Made by a program: the position numbers and the translations under genes. Below are positions 39,246-50,172 of a DNA stretch of 64,000 bases, in pieces. Source of the stretch: Candidatus Aenigmatarchaeota archaeon (GTDB lineage: Archaea; Aenigmatarchaeota; Aenigmatarchaeia; CG10238-14; SpSt-28); contig JAVYPJ010000001.1 in NCBI GenBank assembly GCA_038733315.1, forward strand, positions 71,863 through 135,862, written 5' to 3'. Position 1 is the first letter of the stretch; every line of letters starts with the position of its first letter. The notes under the pieces were generated by a model that saw only the letters and a program-made list of their open reading frames with translations, had not been told where the DNA came from and did not search any database.

Positions 39246-40693
39246 TAATAGGTAGATGTGTAGGAGATGCAAGAATAGAAGAAATAACATTTATATCTAC
39301 AAAAATGCCAGAAATAGGTCAATATGTTATATTAGAATATGATGATAAGAAAATTCTTGGAATGATAGAAGATTTAATAAGATTTAATCCTGCATTAGAT
39401 GAGGAACTACTAAGCGAAGAAGAAGTAGAATCTATTCAAAAATTTGAAAAAAAATATGTAATAAAAGGTAAAATTAAAATTCTTGGAGATTTAGAAAATC
39501 TAAGATTGCCAAAAGTTCCGCCAAAACCTGGAACAATAGTTAGAATTGCTGAAAAAAGTGAATTAGAAAAAATTTTCGGTAAAAGTGAGAAATCGATAAA
39601 TATAGGCAAGCTATTAACTAATGAAGATGTAGAGGTTTATTTAGATGTTAACAAAATGATTTCTAGACATTTAGCTATTCTATCCATTACTGGAGCTGGC
39701 AAATCGAATACTGTTAGTGTAATAGTTGAAGAATTAAGTAAGCTTGGGGTTACATCACTAATTTTTGATATGCATAGCGAATATGTTGATGCAAATTTTT
39801 CTAAGAAAAAAATTATTCCAACAAAAATTAATCCTCTTTTTTTGCACTTTAGAGAGGCCGCAAGAATGATGAATATAGAAGAGGGTGCGTACATTCAAGA
39901 AATGTTTTTTAGAAAAGCTTGGGAGAGTGTTAAAGAAAAGTTAAGAGACATGAAGATTAAACTAGATATAAACACTTTTTTTGATTTTTTGCTTAGAGAA
40001 TTGGAAATATTATCTAAAAAAGAAAAAAACTCTGAAGAATCTATATATAAGGTTATTTCAAAGGTTGAGAATTTCAGAGAAAAGTTTAAAGACATTTTCG
40101 ATTTAAGCTATGACGATGTTTCAAACTTAATAGAGAGAGGAAAAATAAATATTCTAGACTTAGGATTCGTAGATGAAGAGGTTGCTGATATTTTTGTTAG
40201 CCATACTTTAAGAAAAGTTTTAGAAGAAAGAAAAAGATTTAAAAATTCTGGAGTTGGATTAAGTTTTCCTGTGTTTATTATAATAGAAGAAGCTCATATA
40301 TTAATTCCAAAAGATTTTGATACATTCACAAAATATTGGGCTTCAAGAATCGCTAGAGAAGGTAGAAAATTCGGAGTTGGTTTATGTTTGGTTAGTCAAA
40401 GACCTAAATCATTAGATTCTAATACCCTAAGCCAGGCTAATAATATGATAATATTAAAATTAGTTGAGCCAAATGATCAAAAATATGTACAAGCTGCTAG
40501 TGAGATGTTAACAGATGAATTATTAATCAGACTTTCTTCACTAAACATTGGAGAGGCTGTTGTTATAGGGCCTATGATTAGAATACCTGCGATTGTTAAA
40601 ATAAAAGAGTTTGAGGGCAAAATAAGTGGAAAGGATATTGATTTTATTGAGGAAAGTAAAAAGATTGAAAATAAAGAGATTGATTTAATATAA
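39242..40693 (+). CDS. herA: HerA helicase/ATPase
   Basis: RHLAILSITGAGKSN, DMHSEY, EEAH, REGRKFG, SQRP. Confidence 0.95.
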   Translation: MIIGRCVGDARIEEITFISTKMPEIGQYVILEYDDKKILGMIEDLIRFNPALDEELLSEEEVESIQKFEKKYVIKGKIKILGDLENLRLPKVPPKPGTIVRIAEKSELEKIFGKSEKSINIGKLLTNEDVEVYLDVNKMISRHLAILSITGAGKSNTVSVIVEELSKLGVTSLIFDMHSEYVDANFSKKKIIPTKINPLFLHFREAARMMNIEEGAYIQEMFFRKAWESVKEKLRDMKIKLDINTFFDFLLRELEILSKKEKNSEESIYKVISKVENFREKFKDIFDLSYDDVSNLIERGKINILDLGFVDEEVADIFVSHTLRKVLEERKRFKNSGVGLSFPVFIIIEEAHILIPKDFDTFTKYWASRIAREGRKFGVGLCLVSQRPKSLDSNTLSQANNMIILKLVEPNDQKYVQAASEMLTDELLIRLSSLNIGEAVVIGPMIRIPAIVKIKEFEGKISGKDIDFIEESKKIENKEIDLI

Positions 40694-41032
40694 AAAAACT
40701 GAAAAATAATTTCCGAATTTAATTATTTTTCTTTTTAGATTTTTTTGTAACTCTTTATCTAAGGTTGCGATTAAATATTCGTCTTTATATTTCAATATCA
40801 AATCATCTACCTTTCCTTTTTCCTTTATTAGAGTTATTTTTCCATTTCTTATAAGTAGCCTTACTTCTTTTAAAATTCTTTTACTTATATTTCCTATCTC
40901 AGCTAACGAATTCTCAAAAATATATATACAATAGTTTCCAATCGTATTGTCTAAGAAATCTTCAAAAACTCTAAATTTTTTTTCTTTTATCAAATAAACC
41001 AAAAAATTTGTATCTAACAAAACTTTTTCCAT
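40685..41032 (-). CDS. PIN-domain protein (Fcf1/Utp24-like)
   Basis: VLLDTNFL, VDDLI, IATLDKEL. Confidence 0.85.
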   Translation of the reverse strand: MEKVLLDTNFLVYLIKEKKFRVFEDFLDNTIGNYCIYIFENSLAEIGNISKRILKEVRLLIRNGKITLIKEKGKVDDLILKYKDEYLIATLDKELQKNLKRKIIKFGNYFSVFLY

Positions 41033-41058
41033 ATCTATTTTTCATTTAGATTTTATAT

Positions 41059-41985
41059 ATGAAAGTTTATCCAATAGCTTTCGATTCCTTAGGAGTAAGG
41101 AGTATGTCAACTATTGTTGTTTTAAATGATATCAAAATTTTTATAGATCCCTATGCTGCTCTAGCACCTATAAGATATGGATTAAAGCCAAGTCATTTAG
41201 AAATTGAAATGTTAAATTTTTACCTTGAACAAATATATAAACTTGGAAGTTATTGTGACTATGCCATAATTACTCACTATCATTACGATCATCATCCTAT
41301 ACCAGAGGATAATAATTTTTTTAAAAGTTTTAAAAAATGTCATTTTTTAATAAAGGATTTCGAAAAAGAACATTTTAGTGCCAAAAAAAGAGGAAGTGTT
41401 TTCACTAATAATTTAAAAAAGAATAAAATAAGCTTTGAGTTTGTAGATGGTAAAAAGATAAAGATAGAAGATATTAAGATAAAGTTTTCGAAGCCTGTTT
41501 GGCATGGAGAAGTAAACTCTAAGGTTGGAAGAGTTATAATGGTTTGCATAGAGTATTTAAATAGAAAGTTATTTTTTGGAAGCGATGCACAGTTTTTAAT
41601 AGATAAAAATGCCTTGAAATTTGCATTAAAAACAAAACCAAATTACTTAATTATCGATGGATTCCCAACAATTTTAGAGGGTTATAAAGTAAAGCATGAA
41701 AGTTTTCTTGAAGGAATAAAAAATATGAAAAAAATATTTGGAAGGGTTAATTATAGCTGGATTATAATAGACCATCATTTACTAAGAGATAAGGATTTTG
41801 AAAAGAAATTTCCTTTTTTTGATTATAAAAAAATAATCACCGCAGCAAAATTTTATAATTTAGAAAATTTGTTATTAGAAGCTTATAGAAAAGAAATATA
41901 TAAAAAAGAAATAATTTTTGATTTAGAAGTTTATAAAGATAACGCTAGAAAAGTTATCTCTAAAATAATAAATTCTTCGATATAA
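41059..41985 (+). CDS. Metallo-beta-lactamase-fold hydrolase (UPF0282-like)
   Basis: FDSLGVRSM, THYHYDHH, WHG, SDAQ, DHHLLRD. Confidence 0.88.
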   Translation: MKVYPIAFDSLGVRSMSTIVVLNDIKIFIDPYAALAPIRYGLKPSHLEIEMLNFYLEQIYKLGSYCDYAIITHYHYDHHPIPEDNNFFKSFKKCHFLIKDFEKEHFSAKKRGSVFTNNLKKNKISFEFVDGKKIKIEDIKIKFSKPVWHGEVNSKVGRVIMVCIEYLNRKLFFGSDAQFLIDKNALKFALKTKPNYLIIDGFPTILEGYKVKHESFLEGIKNMKKIFGRVNYSWIIIDHHLLRDKDFEKKFPFFDYKKIITAAKFYNLENLLLEAYRKEIYKKEIIFDLEVYKDNARKVISKIINSSI

Positions 41986-41995
41986 TAATTTCTTT

Positions 41996-42541
41996 ATGAA
42001 AAAAGTTTTTAAAATAAAAAACTTAAGAATTTTATTACGAGAAATTGAAAGAAAAGATGTTAAAAGAGTTGATGAATTCTTAGAATATATAAATTTGCTT
42101 GTGAAAGAAAATGCCATGATTTTAATTAACAGAGAATTAACTAGAAAAGAAGAAAAGGAATTTTTATTGAGAGTTTTAGAAAACGTAAGGAAAAGAAAGG
42201 AGGTTATTATAATAGCAGAAGATTTAGATAATAGAAAAATCGCGGGAATAGTTAATATTGAAAAGGGTAAATATAGACAATCTCATGTAGGAATCTTGGG
42301 AATTTCTGTAAGGAAAGAGTATAGGGGCATTGGGTTAGGAAAAATATTAATGAACGAGGTTATTAAGTTGGCTAAGAAAAGACTAAAAATAAAATTAGTT
42401 AAGTTGGATGTTTTTGAAAATAATAAAATAGCTATAAACTTGTATAAAAAAGTGGGATTTAAAATAGTTGGTAGAATTCCAAAAATGAATTATTATAATG
42501 GAAAATTTGTAGATTATATTGTAATGATAAAGGAGTTATGA
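41996..42541 (+). CDS. GNAT N-acetyltransferase
   Basis: YRGIGLG, NKIAINLYKKVGF. Confidence 0.9.
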   Translation: MKKVFKIKNLRILLREIERKDVKRVDEFLEYINLLVKENAMILINRELTRKEEKEFLLRVLENVRKRKEVIIIAEDLDNRKIAGIVNIEKGKYRQSHVGILGISVRKEYRGIGLGKILMNEVIKLAKKRLKIKLVKLDVFENNKIAINLYKKVGFKIVGRIPKMNYYNGKFVDYIVMIKEL

Positions 42542-42563
42542 ATTTTAAAAAGGATAAATTTAT

Positions 42564-43181
42564 ATGTTAGAGATTTTTAAAGAAAGGAAGAAAATAGCTA
42601 TTCGAAAACTATTAGACGCTATTAAAAACAAAGAGGTCGATCAGCCAATAGAAAAAGAGTTACTAAGGTTAAATGAATATGAAATTGTTTATTCAACTTC
42701 TAGCTGTTCTGGAAGAATTGCACTATTGGTTGATAAGGGAAATAAAAAGGATTCTTACTTTATAGCAAAATGGCATAAAACTGTTGCTCCAAAGGATGTT
42801 ATAGAATCGCTAAAAAAAGATATGAATCATGAATTAATTTTTTTCAAACAAGAGCCATTCATTATACATTTAGTTTTTCCAAAATTAAGAGTTACTAGAG
42901 ATGTGCTTACAATTGCTAGAGAAGTCGGATTTAAACATAGCGGAATAATAAGCATGAAAAAAGAAAAAATTGTCTTAGAGATTACTGGATTAGAAAGAAT
43001 AGATTTTCCGATTGTTATAAATTCCGAGCTTGTAATATCTCTAGAAAATTTTTCTAAGATAGTTGATCTTGCCAATTCAAAATTAGTTAGAAACGAAAAA
43101 ATGAGAAATGTCTTCTTTTCAAAACTTTTTGAATATTTAGATAAAAATTATAAAAGCTGTGAAATAAATAGTTATCTATAA
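42564..43181 (+). CDS. taw3: tRNA wybutosine methyltransferase Taw3/Tyw3
   Basis: STSSCSGRI, KWH, PFIIH, GFKHSGI. Confidence 0.92.
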   Translation: MLEIFKERKKIAIRKLLDAIKNKEVDQPIEKELLRLNEYEIVYSTSSCSGRIALLVDKGNKKDSYFIAKWHKTVAPKDVIESLKKDMNHELIFFKQEPFIIHLVFPKLRVTRDVLTIAREVGFKHSGIISMKKEKIVLEITGLERIDFPIVINSELVISLENFSKIVDLANSKLVRNEKMRNVFFSKLFEYLDKNYKSCEINSYL

Positions 43182-43183
43182 GG

Positions 43184-43645
43184 TTAATAGGAATTGATTA
43201 TATTTTCTATCTCATCCATAACTTTTTCTGCATCGTTATAAAAAACCCCTTCAAATATTTTTTTACCTAAATCTAAATACTTTTCTTCGTTATAAATTTT
43301 TAAAGTCTCATTAATTAGGTTGTAAAGCCTAAGGTCTTCTTCCTTTAAGCTTTCTAAATAATTTTTTATATTTTTATTATTATTGTTTTTGTATATCCAG
43401 TATGCAAATGCCAATGAAACTAAGAATCTATATATATCTATACCACACATACTTTTTATTCCCGTTTTCAATAACTCATTCTCGCACTCTTCACAAATTT
43501 CTTGGATGTCTTCTTGGATGTTTTTTGTTTTGCCTTGATTCTCAAAAATTTTAAAGATTTTATCAAGAATATCGAATCTATCCTTTATACTTAGCTTAAG
43601 ATCCGAGTTATAAAGGAATGTGGATAAATCTTTCAAAGTATCCAT
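43184..43645 (-). CDS. Hypothetical protein
   Basis: 153-aa ORF filling the gap; no recognised motif. Confidence 0.6.
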   Translation of the reverse strand: MDTLKDLSTFLYNSDLKLSIKDRFDILDKIFKIFENQGKTKNIQEDIQEICEECENELLKTGIKSMCGIDIYRFLVSLAFAYWIYKNNNNKNIKNYLESLKEEDLRLYNLINETLKIYNEEKYLDLGKKIFEGVFYNDAEKVMDEIENIINSY

Positions 43646-43692
43646 AAAATATTTGGTATCCTTAATATTAATTTTTTACTTTTTAGTAATTA

Positions 43693-44262
43693 CTATTTTT
43701 CAGAAATTATTTTAGCTTCGAATTCGTAAATCTCTGTTTTTTCATCTAACCAACAATCCTTATCTAAGCCAGCTTTGTAACATAGGTTTTCAATAAAAAG
43801 TCTCTCATCGCTTAAAATATTCCAAACTTGCGGAAGAAATAATCCAGATTTAAATCCTTTAATAATCATATAACCTTTATTCTTATCTAATAGGTTTAGT
43901 ATTTCTTTTCGGTTTTTTACTTTATCGTCTATTCTTCTCAATTCTCCTAATATAGTTACTTCTATTTTAATTTTATCTAGCTCATCTTCTTTTAATTCCT
44001 CAAATCTAGTATCTCTACACGCTTCCTTAGCCGCCTTTGAAATAGCGATAGCTAACGGATATATAGGATAGGGAAATCCTATGCAACCTCTCAACTCTTT
44101 TTCTTTATAAATACTAACAAAAACTCCTTTTAACTCAGAAAATTCTTTCGGCAAAAGTTCTAAATCTATCTCTGATTCCCTTTTATCTTTAACAAATTTC
44201 TCTATGGATTTCCTAGCTATTTCTATTGCGATTTTATCGAATTCGCTATCATTACTGAGCAT
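43693..44262 (-). CDS. AMMECR1-domain protein
   Basis: GVFVSI, LRGCIG, GLFLPQV, LCYKAGL. Confidence 0.93.
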   Translation of the reverse strand: MLSNDSEFDKIAIEIARKSIEKFVKDKRESEIDLELLPKEFSELKGVFVSIYKEKELRGCIGFPYPIYPLAIAISKAAKEACRDTRFEELKEDELDKIKIEVTILGELRRIDDKVKNRKEILNLLDKNKGYMIIKGFKSGLFLPQVWNILSDERLFIENLCYKAGLDKDCWLDEKTEIYEFEAKIISEK

Positions 44263-44323
44263 AAAAGTTTTTTAGTAGTTAAAAATAATCAAAAGCTTAT
44301 AAATATTTATTTAAAAAGATATT

Positions 44324-44719
44324 ATGGCAAAGTATCACGACGAAATAAAAGGAAGAACTCCTACTGGGGGAAAATTTATTCCGCATTATAAGGTTAAAAA
44401 GAAATGTCACTTAGGTGGAGATGAAATATTAACTGAATTAAGCGAAGTGGAAAAAAGAATAATAAAGAGAGTTAAGGGAGGTAATAAAAAAATTAAATTA
44501 AAACTTGCAGCCTATGCAAATGTTTTTGATGGTAAGAATTATAAAAAAGTTAAAATACTTGATGTTGTAGAAAATAAGGCGCACCCACTTTATGAAAGAA
44601 GAAAAATAATAACTAAGGGTGCTTTAATTAAGACAGAAATAGGTTTGGCTAAGGTAACTTCTAGACCTTCGCAAGACGGAATAGTTAACGCTATTCTAAT
44701 TCAAAAATCAAATATCTAA
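44324..44719 (+). CDS. rps8e: Ribosomal protein eS8
   Basis: PTGG, RVKGGN, IITKGA, VTSRPSQDG.VNA. Confidence 0.95.
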   Translation: MAKYHDEIKGRTPTGGKFIPHYKVKKKCHLGGDEILTELSEVEKRIIKRVKGGNKKIKLKLAAYANVFDGKNYKKVKILDVVENKAHPLYERRKIITKGALIKTEIGLAKVTSRPSQDGIVNAILIQKSNI

Positions 44720-45409
44720 AATTAGTTCTTCTTCTGATAAAAAATTGGAAAAAAATCTGTTAATATTCTCTAAATCTCTTTTAAACATCTCATCATACAC
44801 TATAGAATCACTTCTCACACCATGGCTAAAATCTATTAGATAAATTCTATCATTTCCAACTAAAATGTTGTGCTCGCTTAAATCACCATGTACCAAACCT
44901 ATTTTTTTAAGATTTTTCATGTTTTCTATTATTTGAAAATAAAAGTTTTTAGCGGATTGATAATCTAAGTTTACATCTTTTAGTTGAGGATATGAAACTC
45001 CGTTTTCACCTAAGAATTCCATCACTAAAATATTTTGATAAGATATTATTGGTCTTGGGCAACTAACTTTTCCCTTTTCGTATGCAATCCTTAAATTTCT
45101 ATACTCTCTGTTACACCAAGCAAACACAACATTTCTTTTTTCTCTTTTTATTCTTCCATACCTCGAATCTAGTACTAACAAATTTCTCATCATTTTAAAA
45201 TCTGAATGATAAATTCTGTATATCTTTATTGCAATAAAATTTTTTTCAAAATCTTTGCCCAAAAAAATCACACTTTCTTTTCCCTCTTTAATAATTCCAA
45301 CCAAACCAAAGATAACTCTTCTATTTCTAAGCTCAACTAGAGCTTTAATTGTTAAATCGTCTAAAACCTTAGAGAAAACTTTTAAGCCTTCTTTAAAATC
45401 TAAGCTCAT
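44708..45409 (-). CDS. rio1: RIO1 kinase
   Basis: GKESV, AIKIYR, W..REYRNL, HGDLSEHN, IDFS. Confidence 0.92.
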   Translation of the reverse strand: MSLDFKEGLKVFSKVLDDLTIKALVELRNRRVIFGLVGIIKEGKESVIFLGKDFEKNFIAIKIYRIYHSDFKMMRNLLVLDSRYGRIKREKRNVVFAWCNREYRNLRIAYEKGKVSCPRPIISYQNILVMEFLGENGVSYPQLKDVNLDYQSAKNFYFQIIENMKNLKKIGLVHGDLSEHNILVGNDRIYLIDFSHGVRSDSIVYDEMFKRDLENINRFFSNFLSEEELILDI

Positions 45410-45698
45410 TTGGTAAGTTTTTTATGTATCCGTTTTTTCTTAACCAATTTGATTCAGCTTGAGTATATACGTGAATTATATCACATCTATTTTCCATAAA
45501 TGGCCATTTTTTAACTAAAACGACATCTCCAACCTTAATCCAAAACCTTCTAGAAATTTTTCCAGCAATTCTTCCCATTCTTTCTTTCCCATCTTCACAA
45601 ATAACTTTAACTTTATCTCCAGCATAAAACATCTCAACTAAACCATAAGTTTCTCCATTCTTTTCGTCTGCAATTCTAATTTTTGGCTCTTCGTTCAT
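45393..45698 (-). CDS. eif1a: Translation initiation factor aIF-1A
   Basis: CEDGKERMGRIAGK..WIKVGDVVLV..W. Confidence 0.92.
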   Translation of the reverse strand: MNEEPKIRIADEKNGETYGLVEMFYAGDKVKVICEDGKERMGRIAGKISRRFWIKVGDVVLVKKWPFMENRCDIIHVYTQAESNWLRKNGYIKNLPNELRF

Positions 45699-46363
45699 AC
45701 TTTTCTTATTAGTATAGTATCTAAATATACCTTTTTTCCATTCTTAACTCCAACTAAGGTCTTTGAAATTTTATATTCAACAGAGTTTAGATTATTTAAT
45801 ATAAGATTTAATATTTCATATGCAGTTTTTTTCGAACCTATATACAAATCTATTCCATCCTTATTCCTTTCAATTTTAGAAATGAAGCTTAAAAAATCTT
45901 TCAAATTTCTTCTTCTAACCAAATCCTCTATCTCTTTTATTAAACTTTCGCTAACATCAAATCTTAGCTGAATTATAGCCTGTTTATATCCACTAAGTTT
46001 CATTGCACAAAAAATGCAAGTAAATAATTTTTCCTGAATTTCAATCCTCCTCTCTAAAACTAAAATGTTATCATAGAAAAAATAAACAAACATTTCGCTA
46101 TCTTTATACTTAATTTTTCTCTCTAAATTTATTTTTTTAAAAAAATCTGCATGTTTTCCAAGATGTTCAATAGCTTCTTCAAAAAAATTAAAGAGATGTT
46201 TCTTAGAAAGAGAATATTTTCCACAATGCTTACATTTATATATCGTTATTTTTTCTGGAATTCTTAATTCTTTTTCGATTTCCCTTCTAAAACAATCTAA
46301 ACAAAACTTTTCCACAAATATTTCTACATTCTTTCCACATTTTGGACAAATTCTCTTTATCAT
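45695..46363 (-). CDS. nmd3: NMD3-family protein
   Basis: Four CxxC pairs; AIIQLR; GIDLYIGS. Confidence 0.88.
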   Translation of the reverse strand: MIKRICPKCGKNVEIFVEKFCLDCFRREIEKELRIPEKITIYKCKHCGKYSLSKKHLFNFFEEAIEHLGKHADFFKKINLERKIKYKDSEMFVYFFYDNILVLERRIEIQEKLFTCIFCAMKLSGYKQAIIQLRFDVSESLIKEIEDLVRRRNLKDFLSFISKIERNKDGIDLYIGSKKTAYEILNLILNNLNSVEYKISKTLVGVKNGKKVYLDTILIRKV

Positions 46364-46398
46364 TAAAAATAAATAGATTAAATATAGAAAACAATTTA

Positions 46399-46998
46399 AT
46401 GAAATATACAACATTTTTACTATTTTTGATTTTTATTAGTTTTGCACTACAGATATTCATAAAAGGATATACTCAAGCTTTTGCTCTAATTCCAAAAAAT
46501 GTTGTAGAAGACTTAGAAATATACAGAATTATAACTTCGATTTTTTTACATGGCGATTTTTTACATCTCTTTTTTAACTCCTTTGCGCTCTTTATGTTTG
46601 GTGGTGTATTAGAGAAAATTATAGGACCTAAAAAATTTATATTGTTATTTTTTTTAAGTGGAATTATAGGAAGCATAGCATATATTTTAACAAGTTTTTT
46701 ATTAGGAGAATTTAATGTACCTGCATTAGGAGCGAGCGGAGCGATTTATGGTATAATAGGGGCTTTAGCAGTTTTAAGACCAACAACTATAGTTTTAATT
46801 TATTTTACTCCAGTACCATTACTTTTCTTAGCGTTTTTTTGGATAATAACAGAAAGCCTTGCAACTCTTCTCCAATTTTTTGGAGCTAAAAGTGGTATAG
46901 CTTCACAAGCACACTTAGCTGGGCTTTTGTTTGGAATGTTTATTGGACTAAGAATTAAAGAAAGGTATAAAGGTATAAAAGTTAAATACGAATTTTAG
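46399..46998 (+). CDS. Rhomboid intramembrane protease
   Basis: FLHG..HLFFN, GASG, AHLAG. Confidence 0.95.
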   Translation: MKYTTFLLFLIFISFALQIFIKGYTQAFALIPKNVVEDLEIYRIITSIFLHGDFLHLFFNSFALFMFGGVLEKIIGPKKFILLFFLSGIIGSIAYILTSFLLGEFNVPALGASGAIYGIIGALAVLRPTTIVLIYFTPVPLLFLAFFWIITESLATLLQFFGAKSGIASQAHLAGLLFGMFIGLRIKERYKGIKVKYEF

Positions 46999-46999
46999 C

Positions 47000-49456
47000 T
47001 TATATGTTATTTTTAAAAAAATGAGATAGAGACTTCTGCCTTGTTTTTGATAAGATATCTGATTCAGAAATGTTTAAAACTGAGAGAACTCTTAAAGCAG
47101 CTGGTAATATTTGGTTTGTAATGTAATAATCCACATCGATATCTTCTTTTTTTGCAAAAAGAAAATATTCAGCTTTTTCTGAGATTGAATTGCCTTGCTT
47201 AACTATAACAAAAGGAACTATGCATCCTTCTGTTAAATTTATTCCTCTTCTAATTGCTTTTTTAGCTGCTATTACATGCGGGCTAATCTGCTTATATTCT
47301 TCTATGTTTTTTGTTAGCTGTTCGTGAATTGTAACATCTTCTATTTTAAAATCGTAATTTCTGAGTTTTTGAATTACTTCTCTAACATATTCTATTGCCT
47401 TATTTACATCATTTTCTCTAAGTATTATTTCTAAAACTTTTCTTTGAACAACCTTAGCTAATCTACACCAATCTCTCCTAACAGTTTCAAATCCTCTAAT
47501 TTCTAATTCATTATTCTCGCTTAGAAGCGCATATCTTTTTTTAGCACCTATATCTTTCTCTCTTCTCTTTACAAAAATTCCTCTAATATAAAATCCTCTA
47601 TATTCTAACTCCATTTTACCCTTGAAAGAAGAATTAACCATATCAAGAAACTTTTTCCCAATATCTATTAATTCATCTTTATTTAAAGATTTATTAGAAA
47701 CCATAAGAGAATCGGTATCTCCATATATTATTTCCAAACCAAAATTTTTTGCAAGCTCCGATACGTTTTTTATATAATATCTTTCGAAAGCCGTAACACT
47801 TTCTGCACATTCTCTTTTATACCACCTTGCACCGACATAACCCATATAACCATAAGTTGCGTTTGCAAGAATCTTTAATGAATATTGAAAACTATCCAAT
47901 AACTTAAAATCCTCGCTATTCTTATCTAAGTTTTTTAAATTTTTTTTAATTCTAGCCCTTTCATCTATTAAGAACTCTAAGTGCTTAGGTATAAACCCTT
48001 TTTTCATAACACAAAAATGATAGTTTAATTCTGGAACTTTATTTTCCTCTTTGCATTTTTGATGTTCGCAATTAAACGTATCCATAGAAATGTTATGAGT
48101 AATTATTATAGTTGGATATAGCGACCTAAAATCAAATACTATTATATTTTCGTGAATTCCCGTTTTTGGTTCAAAAACAAAAGCACCTTTATATGGAGCT
48201 TTCATTCTTCTTATTTTAAGCTCTTCGTGTTTTGGTCTATTTGGAGCTATTTGGTTATCTTTAAAAGAATTTCTCAATAGATAAGCTTCTACTAATTGAG
48301 AATATGTATTCCTACAAACATCGAAAAGAGTTAAATATGTTATCCTTGATAATGAAATTAATTGTGGTAAAAAGATTTCTAACAATCTTAAAACTAATTC
48401 ACAATCCCAAATGTTGTATTCTATAATCTTTTCTATGTTTAATTTTTCCATAAGAGATTTCTGCATCTCTTCAAAAGTAATTTCTTTTTTTCCATAACCT
48501 AAAAATTCCTTTGCTACAGCGTCTAATGTTAAAACCTCTGTTTTTATTATCGGAGATAATATATGATCGACATAAACATAAACATCTAAATAAGCCCTTC
48601 CAGGTATTTTATAACTTTGGACCCATCCTCTCTTAATAGTTTTTAATTTAGACTCTTCTCTTCCTATTCTCAATTCTATTCCATAGTTTTTTGCCTTTTC
48701 TTTCAGCAATGGAAAATCGAAACCATCTGTATTATATCCAGCTAAAATATCTGGATTAGCTTCTTTTATTGTATCAATAAATTTTTTAATAAGCTCCTTT
48801 TCTGTTTTAAAAACTTCTACATTTTCTTTTGGTGCTTTAAAACCAAAATCTAAACTTAAAGTTTTTTTAAACCCATCGTTACCAACTATGGATATTAAAG
48901 CTATTTTCATTGAACCCTTCTCTTCTAAAATCTCTATATCAAAAGCATAAATTTTCATCTTAGGTATTTTTTGCAACTCAATTCTTTCTATTTTTTTAGC
49001 TAATATTTTTTTATTTTTTTCTATACCATATACCTTAATCCAGCCCGAAGGAGCTATATCATTATCTATTAAAAATCTTCTATAGAAAGGTATGTCATAT
49101 TCAAAAGTTTCTAAAATCTCTTTAAAATTATCTTTCAAAAATTTTCTGAATTTTGGAACTTTTTTTGGATTGTTTATAGATATTTTTATTACTTTTATTT
49201 CCCTTCCTAAAAATTCTTTATTTAAAACTTCGATTTTTTCTATCCTTACATCTATAACCTTTAAGTTTTTTAATTTTTCGATAAAATTCTCTAAATCCTT
49301 CTCATCAACAAGAATATAAAAATATGGCAAAAAATCTCTATAAAAAACTATATAATTTTCATTATTTTCGTCTTTGCAAAAAATTCTTATTATAGGCTTT
49401 CCCTCTTTTTTAGATAAAATATAATCGATGTCCAAAACAAAAAGAGCTCTTTCCAT
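47000..49456 (-). CDS. polB: Family B DNA polymerase
   Basis: FDIE, DFRSLYPTII, KILANATYGY, YGDTDS; C-terminal PIP box QKSLSHFF. Confidence 0.97.
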   Translation of the reverse strand: MERALFVLDIDYILSKKEGKPIIRIFCKDENNENYIVFYRDFLPYFYILVDEKDLENFIEKLKNLKVIDVRIEKIEVLNKEFLGREIKVIKISINNPKKVPKFRKFLKDNFKEILETFEYDIPFYRRFLIDNDIAPSGWIKVYGIEKNKKILAKKIERIELQKIPKMKIYAFDIEILEEKGSMKIALISIVGNDGFKKTLSLDFGFKAPKENVEVFKTEKELIKKFIDTIKEANPDILAGYNTDGFDFPLLKEKAKNYGIELRIGREESKLKTIKRGWVQSYKIPGRAYLDVYVYVDHILSPIIKTEVLTLDAVAKEFLGYGKKEITFEEMQKSLMEKLNIEKIIEYNIWDCELVLRLLEIFLPQLISLSRITYLTLFDVCRNTYSQLVEAYLLRNSFKDNQIAPNRPKHEELKIRRMKAPYKGAFVFEPKTGIHENIIVFDFRSLYPTIIITHNISMDTFNCEHQKCKEENKVPELNYHFCVMKKGFIPKHLEFLIDERARIKKNLKNLDKNSEDFKLLDSFQYSLKILANATYGYMGYVGARWYKRECAESVTAFERYYIKNVSELAKNFGLEIIYGDTDSLMVSNKSLNKDELIDIGKKFLDMVNSSFKGKMELEYRGFYIRGIFVKRREKDIGAKKRYALLSENNELEIRGFETVRRDWCRLAKVVQRKVLEIILRENDVNKAIEYVREVIQKLRNYDFKIEDVTIHEQLTKNIEEYKQISPHVIAAKKAIRRGINLTEGCIVPFVIVKQGNSISEKAEYFLFAKKEDIDVDYYITNQILPAALRVLSVLNISESDILSKTRQKSLSHFFKNNI

Positions 49457-49479
49457 AAAAATTTAAAATCTTATTTTTT

Positions 49480-50172
49480 ATGAAGATTGGCATTTTTTAT
49501 ACAGGTGGAAAAGATTCTACATTAACTATACTTAAGGCTATAGAAGATGGATATGAAGTTAAGTATCTGTTTACTGTAAAACCTAAGAATTTTGATTCTT
49601 ATATGTTTCACTCTGTTACCTTAGATATTACAAAAATTCAGGCAAAGTTAATGAATATAGAGCATGTATTTTTTGAAGTAAGTGGAGAAAAGGAAAAAGA
49701 GGTTAATGAGTTAATAGAGAATTTAAAAAATTTTTATAGAGAAATAGATTGCATAGGCGTGGGGGCAATAAAAAGCTTATATCAATACAAAAGATTTGAA
49801 AAAATAGCCAATAAATTTAATCTTAAAATATATGCTCCGCTATGGAATAGAGAATGCAAAAATATTTGGAAAGAGCTTTTAGAAAGAGAATTTAAAATAA
49901 TAATTACAAAAATTAGTGCTGAAGGTTTAGAGGAGGAAATGCTTGGAAAAGTTATAGATTATAGAATGTTAGAATGTTTAATAAAAAAGAGTGAAAAATA
50001 CATGTTTGATTTGTGTTTTGAAGGTGGAGAGGCCGAAACCTTAGTTTTAGATTGCCCACTATTTTCTAAGGAAATAGAAATAAAAAATTTTGAAATAAAA
50101 AGAGATTTAAACTCCTCTTGGATGGAAATTAAAGAATTAGAACTAAAAAACAAGCTAAAAAGGAAAGTATAA
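49480..50172 (+). CDS. dph6: Diphthine--ammonia ligase
   Basis: TGGKDS, SYMFH, APLW, EGGEAET. Confidence 0.9.
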   Translation: MKIGIFYTGGKDSTLTILKAIEDGYEVKYLFTVKPKNFDSYMFHSVTLDITKIQAKLMNIEHVFFEVSGEKEKEVNELIENLKNFYREIDCIGVGAIKSLYQYKRFEKIANKFNLKIYAPLWNRECKNIWKELLEREFKIIITKISAEGLEEEMLGKVIDYRMLECLIKKSEKYMFDLCFEGGEAETLVLDCPLFSKEIEIKNFEIKRDLNSSWMEIKELELKNKLKRKV

